33,948 nt of DNA from a virus (Duplodnaviria; Caudoviricetes). Below are positions 19,762 to 27,425 of the stretch, piece after piece (position 1 is the first letter of the stretch; each line of letters starts with the position of its first letter). Under the pieces are notes generated by a model. That model did no database searches. It was not told the origin of the DNA and saw nothing but the letters and a program-made list of their open reading frames with translations. Both the position numbers and the translations under genes were made by a program. Where the stretch lies: positions 1-33,948 of the IMG/VR virus record IMGVR_UViG_3300027021_000015; one strand, 5' to 3'.

Positions 19762-20311
19762 TATTCACCTCCGCTTTCTGTATGTCTCGTATCATACTTA
19801 GAATCTCTTTTATTCCTTCTATTTTCCCATATTTTACTAATTCTTTTCTTTGCGCGCTCAATAAGGATCTTCCGTTTTGCCTTCCGATTTTTATATAAAA
19901 CGATGGGTTTGTGTCATATTTCTTTATTAGCGTTTCTGCCGCTTCTATGATTTGGTTTAATTGACTTTCCATGAATTTTTCTTGCTGCTCTTTTTCTTCA
20001 TATCGTTTTAAGTGCTCTCTTATTGTGGCCATTCCCCACATGGAAGAATAGATCATTGATAACACGCCTTCCGGGTCATTGATTCCATACCATCCTAGTT
20101 CCATCATCATTTCATCAAATTCATAATTGTCTTTACACTCTGGTAATTCTAGCCCTAGCATTTTAGCTATTCGCTTTATTAGTTCGCGGCACTCTGTTTC
20201 ACCATCGTAATTTCTGTGCCAAACTTCGTTGTCTTTAATGAAAAATTGATTTAATGCTAGGTCATACATACCCATGTCTTGAATGTTGTCTTTGCATATT
20301 TTTTCAGACAT
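19754..20311 (-). CDS. Hypothetical protein with terminase Walker A-like peptide
   Basis: 185 aa with GAGGAG RBS; contains IGRQNGRSLL. Confidence 0.75.
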   Translation of the reverse strand: MSEKICKDNIQDMGMYDLALNQFFIKDNEVWHRNYDGETECRELIKRIAKMLGLELPECKDNYEFDEMMMELGWYGINDPEGVLSMIYSSMWGMATIREHLKRYEEKEQQEKFMESQLNQIIEAAETLIKKYDTNPSFYIKIGRQNGRSLLSAQRKELVKYGKIEGIKEILSMIRDIQKAEVNNE

Positions 20312-20734
20312 CTATTTATCTCCTCTTCTAAATTTCCATGGCCATCTTGGTTTTGTTTTTTGTACTCTGGTCTCTATTCTAAAGATAATGCTTGCTTCTA
20401 CATCTTTGGCTCCTTTTAGCGCAAGTTTTCTTGCTTTTTCCACTTCTTTTTTAGTTGCCTTCTTGTCTAGTTTGATTATCACCTTTATTTTATTATCCAT
20501 TTGTTTCACTCTCCCTTTAATATTGACGCAATCTCTGCGGCATGTTTTTTGCATTCTGCTTTTTATGTTTAAATAATAAGGTCTGGCTCTTATATATACA
20601 TATATTAAATATAGGCTTAAGCTTATCCAAAATTGTTTATCTATTGTTTTTGATGTATTAACTAATATAATGAAAAGTATTGCTAAGTTTTCAATTATTA
20701 GCATAGAGACTTCTTTTATTAACTTCTTTTTCAT
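20312..20734 (-). CDS. Hypothetical membrane protein, possibly a fusion with an internal gene starting at 20500
   Basis: Two N-terminal hydrophobic helices; internal GGGAGAGTGAAACAAATG junction. Confidence 0.55.
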   Translation of the reverse strand: MKKKLIKEVSMLIIENLAILFIILVNTSKTIDKQFWISLSLYLIYVYIRARPYYLNIKSRMQKTCRRDCVNIKGRVKQMDNKIKVIIKLDKKATKKEVEKARKLALKGAKDVEASIIFRIETRVQKTKPRWPWKFRRGDK

Positions 20735-20966
20735 TCTGCTTCACTTCTCCCTCCACTTCTTCTAAAATCTCCAAGGCTATAGACAACCCTAGTCCCTTCC
20801 CAAATTGCTCTACGCTCTTAATTGGTCCTGCGTGTTGTTCTAGTTCCTCTTTTATTTGTTCTCTTGCTTTATCCAAAGTTTTAGACTTCTTACGAAGCTC
20901 TGTATATTCTTCCTTAGATATAAAATATCCCTTTGTGTTCACTTTCTTCACGCTCCTTCTATCCAT
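20691..20966 (-). CDS. Hypothetical protein, duplicate copy A (likely GTG start near 20942-20951)
   Basis: Near-identical to 21944..22168. Confidence 0.7.
   Translation of the reverse strand: MDRRSVKKVNTKGYFISKEEYTELRKKSKTLDKAREQIKEELEQHAGPIKSVEQFGKGLGLSIALEILEEVEGEVKQNEKEVNKRSLYANN
20749..20956 (+). repeat. Direct repeat copy A (about 208 bp)
   Basis: Manual alignment with 21966-22173 gives about 18 mismatches. Confidence 0.92.
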
Positions 20967-21325
20967 TCAATTTCGTTGACCAGGAAGTAATTCGGCTGAT
21001 ATTTGTGCTTGTCCGCCCAATTAGTTATTACTTTTTCAATAGCATTATCTAATTCGTCAATATGGTTTTGATTAACCACCAAGAGGTAGTCCGCTGCAAA
21101 TTCTCCGTGATTATCACAGTGAATGTCCTGTATTTTTTCAATTGTCCAATCTCCAAGTGCGCTGGCCATTATTTTAACTTCCTTAACTTTTCCTACATAA
21201 AACCCCTCTCCTTCAAACTCTTCGTACCTTTTTCCAAAGTTTATAGCCTCTTCTTTGGAATTAAAGAACTCGCATTCATTAAAGTATTCATCGCTTTGGC
21301 TTATTGTCCATTTTCCTTCATTCAT
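20948..21325 (-). CDS. Hypothetical phage protein
   Basis: 125 aa acidic; FNSKEEAI and FYVG motifs; RBS present. Confidence 0.75.
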   Translation of the reverse strand: MNEGKWTISQSDEYFNECEFFNSKEEAINFGKRYEEFEGEGFYVGKVKEVKIMASALGDWTIEKIQDIHCDNHGEFAADYLLVVNQNHIDELDNAIEKVITNWADKHKYQPNYFLVNEIEWIEGA

Positions 21326-21343
21326 TCTGATTCACTCTCCTTT

Positions 21344-21640
21344 TTATATTTCCTCTAAATTTCCGAATAGCTTTTCAATCTTTTCCACTTCGTTTAATGT
21401 TTCTAAAATATCTTTAGCTTCTGCTTCGCTAATAATTTCCTTTTCTGTGTAATTCTCGCGCTTTCTGATGATTGCAAAAGCTCCTTTTGTTGTTCTGTAC
21501 ATTGATGCTTCGCACATTGGATTATACTTTCCATCTTCAAAAAGAAAACTTCTGGTCAATTCTTTTGCTCTTTGCTTAAATTTGATGACTAATTCTGATT
21601 TTGATGTGTCAAATTTCTTGCCATCTATTATGTATTGCAT
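21344..21640 (-). CDS. Hypothetical phage protein
   Basis: IIDGKKFDTSKS and YRTTKGAF motifs; RBS present. Confidence 0.75.
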   Translation of the reverse strand: MQYIIDGKKFDTSKSELVIKFKQRAKELTRSFLFEDGKYNPMCEASMYRTTKGAFAIIRKRENYTEKEIISEAEAKDILETLNEVEKIEKLFGNLEEI

Positions 21641-21960
21641 TTTGCTTCACTCTCCCTTTTATCTATATTCCTTGCTTTTAAAATGTGATCTATCCTGGAT
21701 TTTGCATTACTGCTCCATGTGTCTATAACTATTACGTCTTTCGAATTTCCTATATATTCAGCATTTGTTAGCATGTAATCACATTCCATCCTTGCGCTCA
21801 TTAATTCCTCGCGTCTCTCAATTATTCTTTTTTGGTAGATTACTAAATACCTTAGGCCATGTTTGGTAGATTCAATTAGCGCATTTTCAATATATTTTTC
21901 AAGTATTTCTTGTTGTTCTACTATCATTCCCCCTACTATATCGTTATATAATTGTTTCAT
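21628..21960 (-). CDS. Hypothetical protein
   Basis: 110 aa, GGAGGGG RBS, overlaps both neighbours. Confidence 0.65.
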   Translation of the reverse strand: MKQLYNDIVGGMIVEQQEILEKYIENALIESTKHGLRYLVIYQKRIIERREELMSARMECDYMLTNAEYIGNSKDVIVIDTWSSNAKSRIDHILKARNIDKRESEAKCNT

Positions 21961-22168
21961 TTTTCCCCTCCGCTTCTTCTAAAATCGACAAGGCTATTGA
22001 TAACCCTATCCCTTTTCCAAATTGCTCTACACTCTTAATTGGTCCTGCGTGTTGATCTAGTTCCTCTTTTATTTGTTCTCTTGCTTTGTCCAGGGTTTTA
22101 GACTTCTTGCGAAGCTCTGTATATTCTTCCTTAGATATAAAGTATCCCTTTGTATTCACTTTCTTCAC
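21944..22168 (-). CDS. Hypothetical protein, duplicate copy B
   Basis: Near-identical to 20691..20966. Confidence 0.7.
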   Translation of the reverse strand: MKKVNTKGYFISKEEYTELRKKSKTLDKAREQIKEELDQHAGPIKSVEQFGKGIGLSIALSILEEAEGKNETII

Positions 22169-22173
22169 TCTCC
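21966..22173 (+). repeat. Direct repeat copy B (about 208 bp)
   Basis: Manual alignment with 20749-20956. Confidence 0.92.
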
Positions 22174-22476
22174 CTTTATTAAGTTTTTTTGTAAAAGTTT
22201 TCCGATTTTCATTACTGCCATAGCAATAACTTCTACTGTTTGGTCGTCAGCATTTAAGTTCTCCATTCCTATTTCGTACAAGTAAGCATGGACAAGTTCA
22301 TGGCAATAAGTATCCTTAATTTTGTTATTTTTCATTAACACATATATTTCCTTTTTGCCATATTTTACATATCCGCAATAATTATGTTTTTTCATAAACT
22401 TATCAGGTTTTTTTAAAAATCTCACTTTGTATTTCACAGAATTAATTAATACGCTTTCATTCTTCACTTTCTTCAC
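22165..22476 (-). CDS. Small HEXXH zinc metallopeptidase-like protein (start revised to GTG near 22467-22476)
   Basis: YCGY...IYV...TYCHELVHA and EVIA motifs; AGGAG RBS near 22480. Confidence 0.7.
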   Translation of the reverse strand: MKKVKNESVLINSVKYKVRFLKKPDKFMKKHNYCGYVKYGKKEIYVLMKNNKIKDTYCHELVHAYLYEIGMENLNADDQTVEVIAMAVMKIGKLLQKNLIKGE

Positions 22477-22504
22477 TCTCCTTATTCTTCGAATTATTTC
22501 TAGA

Positions 22505-22729
22505 CTACAGAATATCTCCTGCCTTAACGCACGGCTTTTTATGTGTGTTATATCTATGGAGTATACTTTCAATCATTATCTTTAAACTTTTTTTAGTAAA
22601 ACATACAGGTGCGCTAAAGTTTAATTGTGTGCCATTTTCGTCTTCTACCGTAAGTGAATACATTCTATTGTCAAAGGATTCTGTTTTTTCTCCATATGGT
22701 TCGCTAACATTTAACACCTTATATTTCAT
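22505..22729 (-). CDS. Hypothetical protein
   Basis: 74 aa with AGGAG RBS. Confidence 0.65.
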   Translation of the reverse strand: MKYKVLNVSEPYGEKTESFDNRMYSLTVEDENGTQLNFSAPVCFTKKSLKIMIESILHRYNTHKKPCVKAGDIL

Positions 22730-22754
22730 TCGACTTCACTCTCCTATTTATTCA

Positions 22755-24200
22755 TTAATATAGTCCTATTTGGCTACCGCTTTGTTTACGTTGGTATATT
22801 AAATTTTCAAGTATTTCCTCTTCTATGTTTACCGGTATCGAATTTCCTGCTCTCTTGTACATTTGGCTGTCGGATGCTCCCGGTTTCCATTTCTTGTTGT
22901 ATGCTTTGACTGCTTTGTAGTAATCTTCATCATCAAACCCTTGAAGCCTAAAACATTCTAAAGGGGTAAGCTTTCTGATTCTTATATCAGGCTCAATTAC
23001 ATAGTTGTCTTTCTGTACTGTCGTTAATGCATTGCTTATATCTTCTTTGTTTAATTCTAACTGTTGTTCTATGTTTTTATTTCCTGTGTATCTGCTACTA
23101 TCTCTTCCACGACTAGCGGCAATACATGGCAGAAATACACCTTGATTGCAACTTGTAGTCAATGTCTGTGCTATTCCTTTCCCAACGCGTCCTCTCCTTG
23201 TATCTGAATTAGGATGTTCTGGGTTAATTGAATCGCCTTGCTGTGCTGTTTCACATCCGTCTTTAGTTGCTGATTTAACCATTATTTTAGGCTCTTGTCC
23301 GCCACCTTGCATTGTACTTAATGTTGGTGATAGTCCATCAGTTCCATATATTCTTCCTGTCTGTGGATTGCCATTGAATGACTTTGATTCTGATATATTT
23401 CCAATTTGGTTTACCATTATTTGCTTTGGCCGCTTATAATCCGTTGCTGTCAGTGTCCCCACGCAATTTTCTATTCCATATACTAAATCTCTTTGACCTA
23501 TACTTCTACTTTCAGGTGCGGTAGTACCTATAACATCTTCACCGATAGGCTTTTCAATAAACCTACTAATAATTTTTTCACTCAAATAATACTTTGCATT
23601 TACTTCACTTTCCAACACATCTTTCAAGCGCTTTTCAAGTTTGATTGGTTTCGGGAACTCAAAGCGTATACCTTGTTTGTATATGTCTTTTCTTATGCTA
23701 ACAATAAAGATACGCTCCCTGTTTTGTGGTATTCCGTAATCTTTGGCATTAAGCACTTGAGCATAATTGACATATCCAGCATCATCCAGGGTTTTTATCA
23801 TTGCATTAAAGTCATCTTTAAACTGATTCTTTAGATTTGCGACGTTTTCCATAATCGCATATTTGGGTTTTGATTTTTTAATGCCCTCTAATGCATTGTA
23901 AAATAAATTACCTTTGTCTACTGTTGTACCCTCTCTCTTACCCGCAAGGCTAAATGTTTGACAAGGTGGGCTGTAAAAGACTATATCAACATATGGAAGT
24001 TCTTCCGGTTGATTTGTTATATCATGATAAATTTTATCTTCGTCAACTCCATGTATTGCACAAAATGCATTTCTTGCATGTTTGTCAATTTCAAAACCAT
24101 AAACAAATTCGCACTTGTCACCATGCCTTTCTGTTACTCGGTGTATTCCTTTGCCTGGCGCTCCTATTCCTAAAAAGTACTCTGCATATGTAAATTTCAT
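22755..24200 (-). CDS. DNA (cytosine-5)-methyltransferase
   Basis: Motif I FLGIGA, IV SPPCQTFS, VI ENV, VIII QNRERIF, IX RKLTPLEC.RLQGF, X AGNSI. Confidence 0.96.
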   Translation of the reverse strand: MKFTYAEYFLGIGAPGKGIHRVTERHGDKCEFVYGFEIDKHARNAFCAIHGVDEDKIYHDITNQPEELPYVDIVFYSPPCQTFSLAGKREGTTVDKGNLFYNALEGIKKSKPKYAIMENVANLKNQFKDDFNAMIKTLDDAGYVNYAQVLNAKDYGIPQNRERIFIVSIRKDIYKQGIRFEFPKPIKLEKRLKDVLESEVNAKYYLSEKIISRFIEKPIGEDVIGTTAPESRSIGQRDLVYGIENCVGTLTATDYKRPKQIMVNQIGNISESKSFNGNPQTGRIYGTDGLSPTLSTMQGGGQEPKIMVKSATKDGCETAQQGDSINPEHPNSDTRRGRVGKGIAQTLTTSCNQGVFLPCIAASRGRDSSRYTGNKNIEQQLELNKEDISNALTTVQKDNYVIEPDIRIRKLTPLECFRLQGFDDEDYYKAVKAYNKKWKPGASDSQMYKRAGNSIPVNIEEEILENLIYQRKQSGSQIGLY

Positions 24201-24214
24201 TTAATTCTCCTCTT

Positions 24215-24275
24215 GATATTGCCGAGCAGCTGCCCCCGATGCGGTTTGTTGGCAGCCCCCGGCTGTGACAATATC
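24215..24275 (-). promoter_or_regulatory. GC-rich RNA hairpin in methyltransferase leader
   Basis: GATATTG/CAATATC, GCCGGG/CTCGGC and GCTGCC/GGCAGC nested stems ending 2 nt before the GAGGAG RBS. Confidence 0.5.
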
Positions 24276-24332
24276 CTTTGTTAGCTAGTTGCTGACTTTT
24301 GATCTATTTATATAACTGGATTAGGGACCAGG

Positions 24333-24797
24333 TTATATCTGTTCTATTTTGATTCGTAGTGCCGCCTTTAATCCGAACTCCTGCAGGATACTGTTTAGTT
24401 CGTATAGCTTCATTGGTTCTTTTTCTACAAGCTTTAGAACCTCTTCCCATTTCGGCATCAATTCCACTTCTGTCGGATCCGCTTCTTGTTTAATTTCTGT
24501 CGGTGCCTCTTCGGGTTTTTCTAGCTCAATTATATTGGTGTCCATTTCAGTCTTTTGGGGCTTTTCTTCGGGTTTTACCCTATACATCTTATTTTCAGTG
24601 TCATATTTGAGCATAAGACCTCTCCCTTTAAGTATTTTATGGATTTTTGAGGTATGATATATCAATCCTGTGTCAGATATGTTCTTTGGTAATTCGATTG
24701 CACTTATAAGGGCTTCTCTTGTTACATATTCTTTCCCGGTTGATTCTACAAGTCTTGCTATGTTAATTGCTATTGCTGCATGATCGTATCTTTTCAT
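24333..24797 (-). CDS. Hypothetical protein
   Basis: 154 aa, AAAGGAGG RBS, ATGA overlap with upstream gene. Confidence 0.75.
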   Translation of the reverse strand: MKRYDHAAIAINIARLVESTGKEYVTREALISAIELPKNISDTGLIYHTSKIHKILKGRGLMLKYDTENKMYRVKPEEKPQKTEMDTNIIELEKPEEAPTEIKQEADPTEVELMPKWEEVLKLVEKEPMKLYELNSILQEFGLKAALRIKIEQI

Positions 24798-25120
24798 TTT
24801 TCCTCCTTTAGTTCTATTCCGTTTTTATAAGATATTTTGATGACTTCATCTTTATCGATCATGTCATCAATGATGCGTTTAACTGTCGCTTCGCTGACGT
24901 CAAATCTTTTGGCTACATCCATGGTCTTGAATTTTCCCTCTTTGGTTTTAGCTTTTAACGCCTTCCTTATTCTTGCTTTAGTCTGCAGCATGTTATAACC
25001 TTGACTTTTAGAACTTAATAGATTAAGGCTTTTGTTAAATTCCATGGTCGATTCCACCGCCGCTTCATACTTGTTTACCCGGTCGAAATACTCTTCAACC
25101 GTCTCTTCAATATAATGCAT
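24794..25120 (-). CDS. HTH DNA-binding protein (DeoR-like winged HTH; start revised to MHYIEE)
   Basis: TMDVAKRFDVSEATVKRII motif; GGAG before ATG at 25120. Confidence 0.7.
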   Translation of the reverse strand: MHYIEETVEEYFDRVNKYEAAVESTMEFNKSLNLLSSKSQGYNMLQTKARIRKALKAKTKEGKFKTMDVAKRFDVSEATVKRIIDDMIDKDEVIKISYKNGIELKEEK

Positions 25121-25541
25121 CAATTCTGCTCCATTCTTCGATGACGCTTGATATTTCATTCGCAAAATCATCGATATTTTCCGCTTCTATGTCAATTTCA
25201 TTATTCAGTTTAATTGTGGCGCCAGTAAGGTTGTATCTTACTTCGCACTCGGTGCCCGCTATGTCTATTCTGTCGTCCGGCTCTGTGATGATGTCAAATT
25301 GTCGGTTGAACATGCGCTCCGGCGAGAACCATATGTCTTCGCCTTCTAAAATGATATAGCCCGGTTTGTTGATCAAGATTTTGTGTACTGTTTTTTTTCG
25401 CTTCAAGTGAAGTATGATTTTGTCGTTAAAATATTCTTTTTCGATTATTTCAATACCTAAAAGGTTTAATTCCTCTTCAATTTTTTGGATGTTTGTAAAT
25501 TCGATTGCTTTAATGGGTTGGTGTTTCCATCTTACTCGCAT
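25107..25541 (-). CDS. Hypothetical phage protein
   Basis: 144 aa, AGGAGG RBS. Confidence 0.75.
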   Translation of the reverse strand: MRVRWKHQPIKAIEFTNIQKIEEELNLLGIEIIEKEYFNDKIILHLKRKKTVHKILINKPGYIILEGEDIWFSPERMFNRQFDIITEPDDRIDIAGTECEVRYNLTGATIKLNNEIDIEAENIDDFANEISSVIEEWSRIDALY

Positions 25542-25732
25542 GATATCCTCCTATCTCGCTCTTGGGTTAGGTCTAACCAGTCAACTACGCGTTCTAAATC
25601 GAATACTACTTCGCCTCTTCTTATTTCTTTCGGCATTCCAACTCCTTTGAGTGTGTCCACTGTATTTGGTGTCAATTTTAGTATTTTCGCTAACTGCTCC
25701 TTGTTATATCTTCGCCTTATTATCGTTTTCAA
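25532..25732 (-). CDS. Xis/MerR-like small HTH protein
   Basis: KEQLAKILKLTPNTV...GMP...FDLERVVDWL pattern. Confidence 0.75.
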   Translation of the reverse strand: MKTIIRRRYNKEQLAKILKLTPNTVDTLKGVGMPKEIRRGEVVFDLERVVDWLDLTQERDRRISCE

Positions 25733-25734
25733 TT

Positions 25735-26097
25735 TTATTCACCTTCCTTGATATAGCTTATTCCGACCGCTTCTCTAAACTCTTCTATGGTCCATTTGTT
25801 CTTCTGCATCACTTCTCGTTGTCGCACTTGTCGAATTGCTCTTTTTACTTTTTTCGGAAGATCATCCCATAAATCATGGCACTTTCTACATGTTTCTACA
25901 TTGAACTCCGCTTCTATAGATGACGTTCTGAATCCGGCGCCACCTTTAAGCTCATGCTTCTCTGTTGCCAACTTTCCGCATTCAAACCAACAGAATGTTC
26001 CTGGCTTTACTCTGTCGTTTGATTTATGCCTGGTCTTTTTTCTGTATTTTGGTTTTTCATACATCAATCCCACTGAGTTCAGCCACCTTCCGCTCAT
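25735..26097 (-). CDS. Zinc-binding HNH-like protein (likely start MYEKPK)
   Basis: CFWFECG...KHE..GG...R and CRKCH motifs. Confidence 0.7.
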   Translation of the reverse strand: MSGRWLNSVGLMYEKPKYRKKTRHKSNDRVKPGTFCWFECGKLATEKHELKGGAGFRTSSIEAEFNVETCRKCHDLWDDLPKKVKRAIRQVRQREVMQKNKWTIEEFREAVGISYIKEGE

Positions 26098-26509
26098 ATG
26101 TGATTAGTTCTTTGATTTTTGGATGTTCTCCGATTTCCGCTTTGATCATCGGATTTATTCTTAGATAATCTTCCCAAAGTTCTTGCCAAAGTTCTTTGTT
26201 TTTTATATCTAGTCCTTTAGCGTTTTCCCATCCATTTTTTGACCAGGTTTTGATGTGCTTGTTGATTCCTTGTTCTATGTAATGGCTTTCTGTTACAATC
26301 GTGATGCTTTTAGTCTTTCCGCTCTTTGTTAGCATTTTTAGCCCTTCTAAAACCGCAAAAAGTTCGAGTTCATTCTTTGTTATGTCAAATTTTCTTCCAG
26401 ATATTGTTTTTTCACGGTTTTTATAGGTGAGCAAGATTGCGTAAACCCCTGTTGTTACTCTAACGGAGCGAACACTCCCTTTTGCGTATATTTTTAGCAC
26501 ATTATCCAC
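26057..26509 (-). CDS. RNase HI-fold protein, probably catalytically inactive
   Basis: Aligns by eye with E. coli RnhA (REKTIS, NELEL, QGI..HIKTW..NGW, KNKELWQEL) but has IYAKGS for IFTDGS. Confidence 0.85.
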   Translation of the reverse strand: MDNVLKIYAKGSVRSVRVTTGVYAILLTYKNREKTISGRKFDITKNELELFAVLEGLKMLTKSGKTKSITIVTESHYIEQGINKHIKTWSKNGWENAKGLDIKNKELWQELWEDYLRINPMIKAEIGEHPKIKELITYERKVAELSGIDV

Positions 26510-27290
26510 TTCCTTTCTTTCGCAATCTCAAATAGATGGACCATCCTGTAAAATCGTTATAAGCAGCTTCAACTCCATAATCTTTGTCTACGAGTTCATG
26601 TTCTGGGTAGTTTCTCAATATTTTTGAAAAATCTCCGCTCATGGCTGCCTTTATAATCTGTCCGCGCTTATATTTATGATCGTTTTTTTTGCTCGATGGT
26701 CTGTCTAAGTTTTTTGAACACGTCCAACGCTTTTTGCCTTCCGGTCTTTTTGTTATATATTCAGCCAATCCAGCAAGGCCTGTTCTATCCGGTTGCAATC
26801 GTCTAGCATTCGCTCTTCCAATAGGTTTGCGTTTTTTTCCTCTGCCTGTTGACCAAAGGTCCTCCACTTCGTCTCGTGTCAGACCGCCATTGATAATGAT
26901 ATGATGATGGATATTTGTTGGATTGTCTTCCGTTCCTCCAAATTCCGTCACCGCCACGTACTTTAGCTCTAGTCCAAGCTTGGCCATGTGATATTTTGTT
27001 CTCTCTAGATACTTCTGTCTTTCCTTCATGGCTTCTTCGACTGTTAGCGGTGGTTTTTCGTGGGTAAGCATTACCATGTAGTCATTATTGTTAAAGTTCG
27101 TATTTATAATCTGTCTAAGTTTCTTCTTCGCTCTTTTTTCATTCAAGTTTTTCTGCTTAGGAAGAGATTCTTTTCTTTTCTTTGACCTCTTACCTTTTTT
27201 ATTGAGTTGACTTTGTGTTATCGGATATATGTCCACCTCTAAATGTTCCGGTCCACAATATATCCTTTTTTCTCTGATGTAATTATTCAC
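26502..27290 (-). CDS. HUH-superfamily rolling-circle replication initiator (Rep)
   Basis: Motif 1 YMVMLTH, motif 2 IHHHIII, motif 3 LAEYITK in Rep order, then RWTCSKNL. Confidence 0.85.
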   Translation of the reverse strand: MNNYIREKRIYCGPEHLEVDIYPITQSQLNKKGKRSKKRKESLPKQKNLNEKRAKKKLRQIINTNFNNNDYMVMLTHEKPPLTVEEAMKERQKYLERTKYHMAKLGLELKYVAVTEFGGTEDNPTNIHHHIIINGGLTRDEVEDLWSTGRGKKRKPIGRANARRLQPDRTGLAGLAEYITKRPEGKKRWTCSKNLDRPSSKKNDHKYKRGQIIKAAMSGDFSKILRNYPEHELVDKDYGVEAAYNDFTGWSIYLRLRKKGSG

Positions 27291-27334
27291 AGATATATCC
27301 CTTTCCCTGAAACGTTAATACCCTATACGAGGGC

Positions 27335-27354
27335 TAAAAGCCGAACCCTCGGCT
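27335..27354 (-). terminator. Terminator/attenuator-like hairpin upstream of rep
   Basis: AGCCGA-GGGT-TCGGCT-TTTA; short U tract. Confidence 0.45.
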
Positions 27355-27390
27355 GTTGTCTATCTTGGGACCTTCATTTGACAGCAACTC

Positions 27391-27419
27391 TTGTATGTGC
27401 GCATTTTTCATGATATAAT
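27391..27419 (+). promoter_or_regulatory. Sigma-A promoter, antisense to rep leader
   Basis: TTGTAT (27391-27396), 17-nt spacer, TGaTATAAT (TATAAT at 27414-27419). Confidence 0.75.
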
Positions 27420-27425
27420 TAGAGA

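Noticed and set aside
20749-22173. Diversity-generating retroelement TR/VR pair
   Set aside because: Mismatches are not adenine-specific on either strand, are mostly synonymous, and no reverse transcriptase is present
24215-24275. SAH or SAM riboswitch call
   Set aside because: Only superficial resemblance (CCG...GCTGC...GCTCGG); I cannot find the conserved core or pseudoknot partner
26057-26509. Retroelement-associated RNase H or a pseudogene
   Set aside because: No RT in the window; ORF is full length with RBS and no frameshift or stop
26502-27290. IS91/IS200-type transposase or separate inserted element
   Set aside because: Gene is embedded in and coupled to the early operon, no element ends are visible, and the phage has no other recognisable initiator
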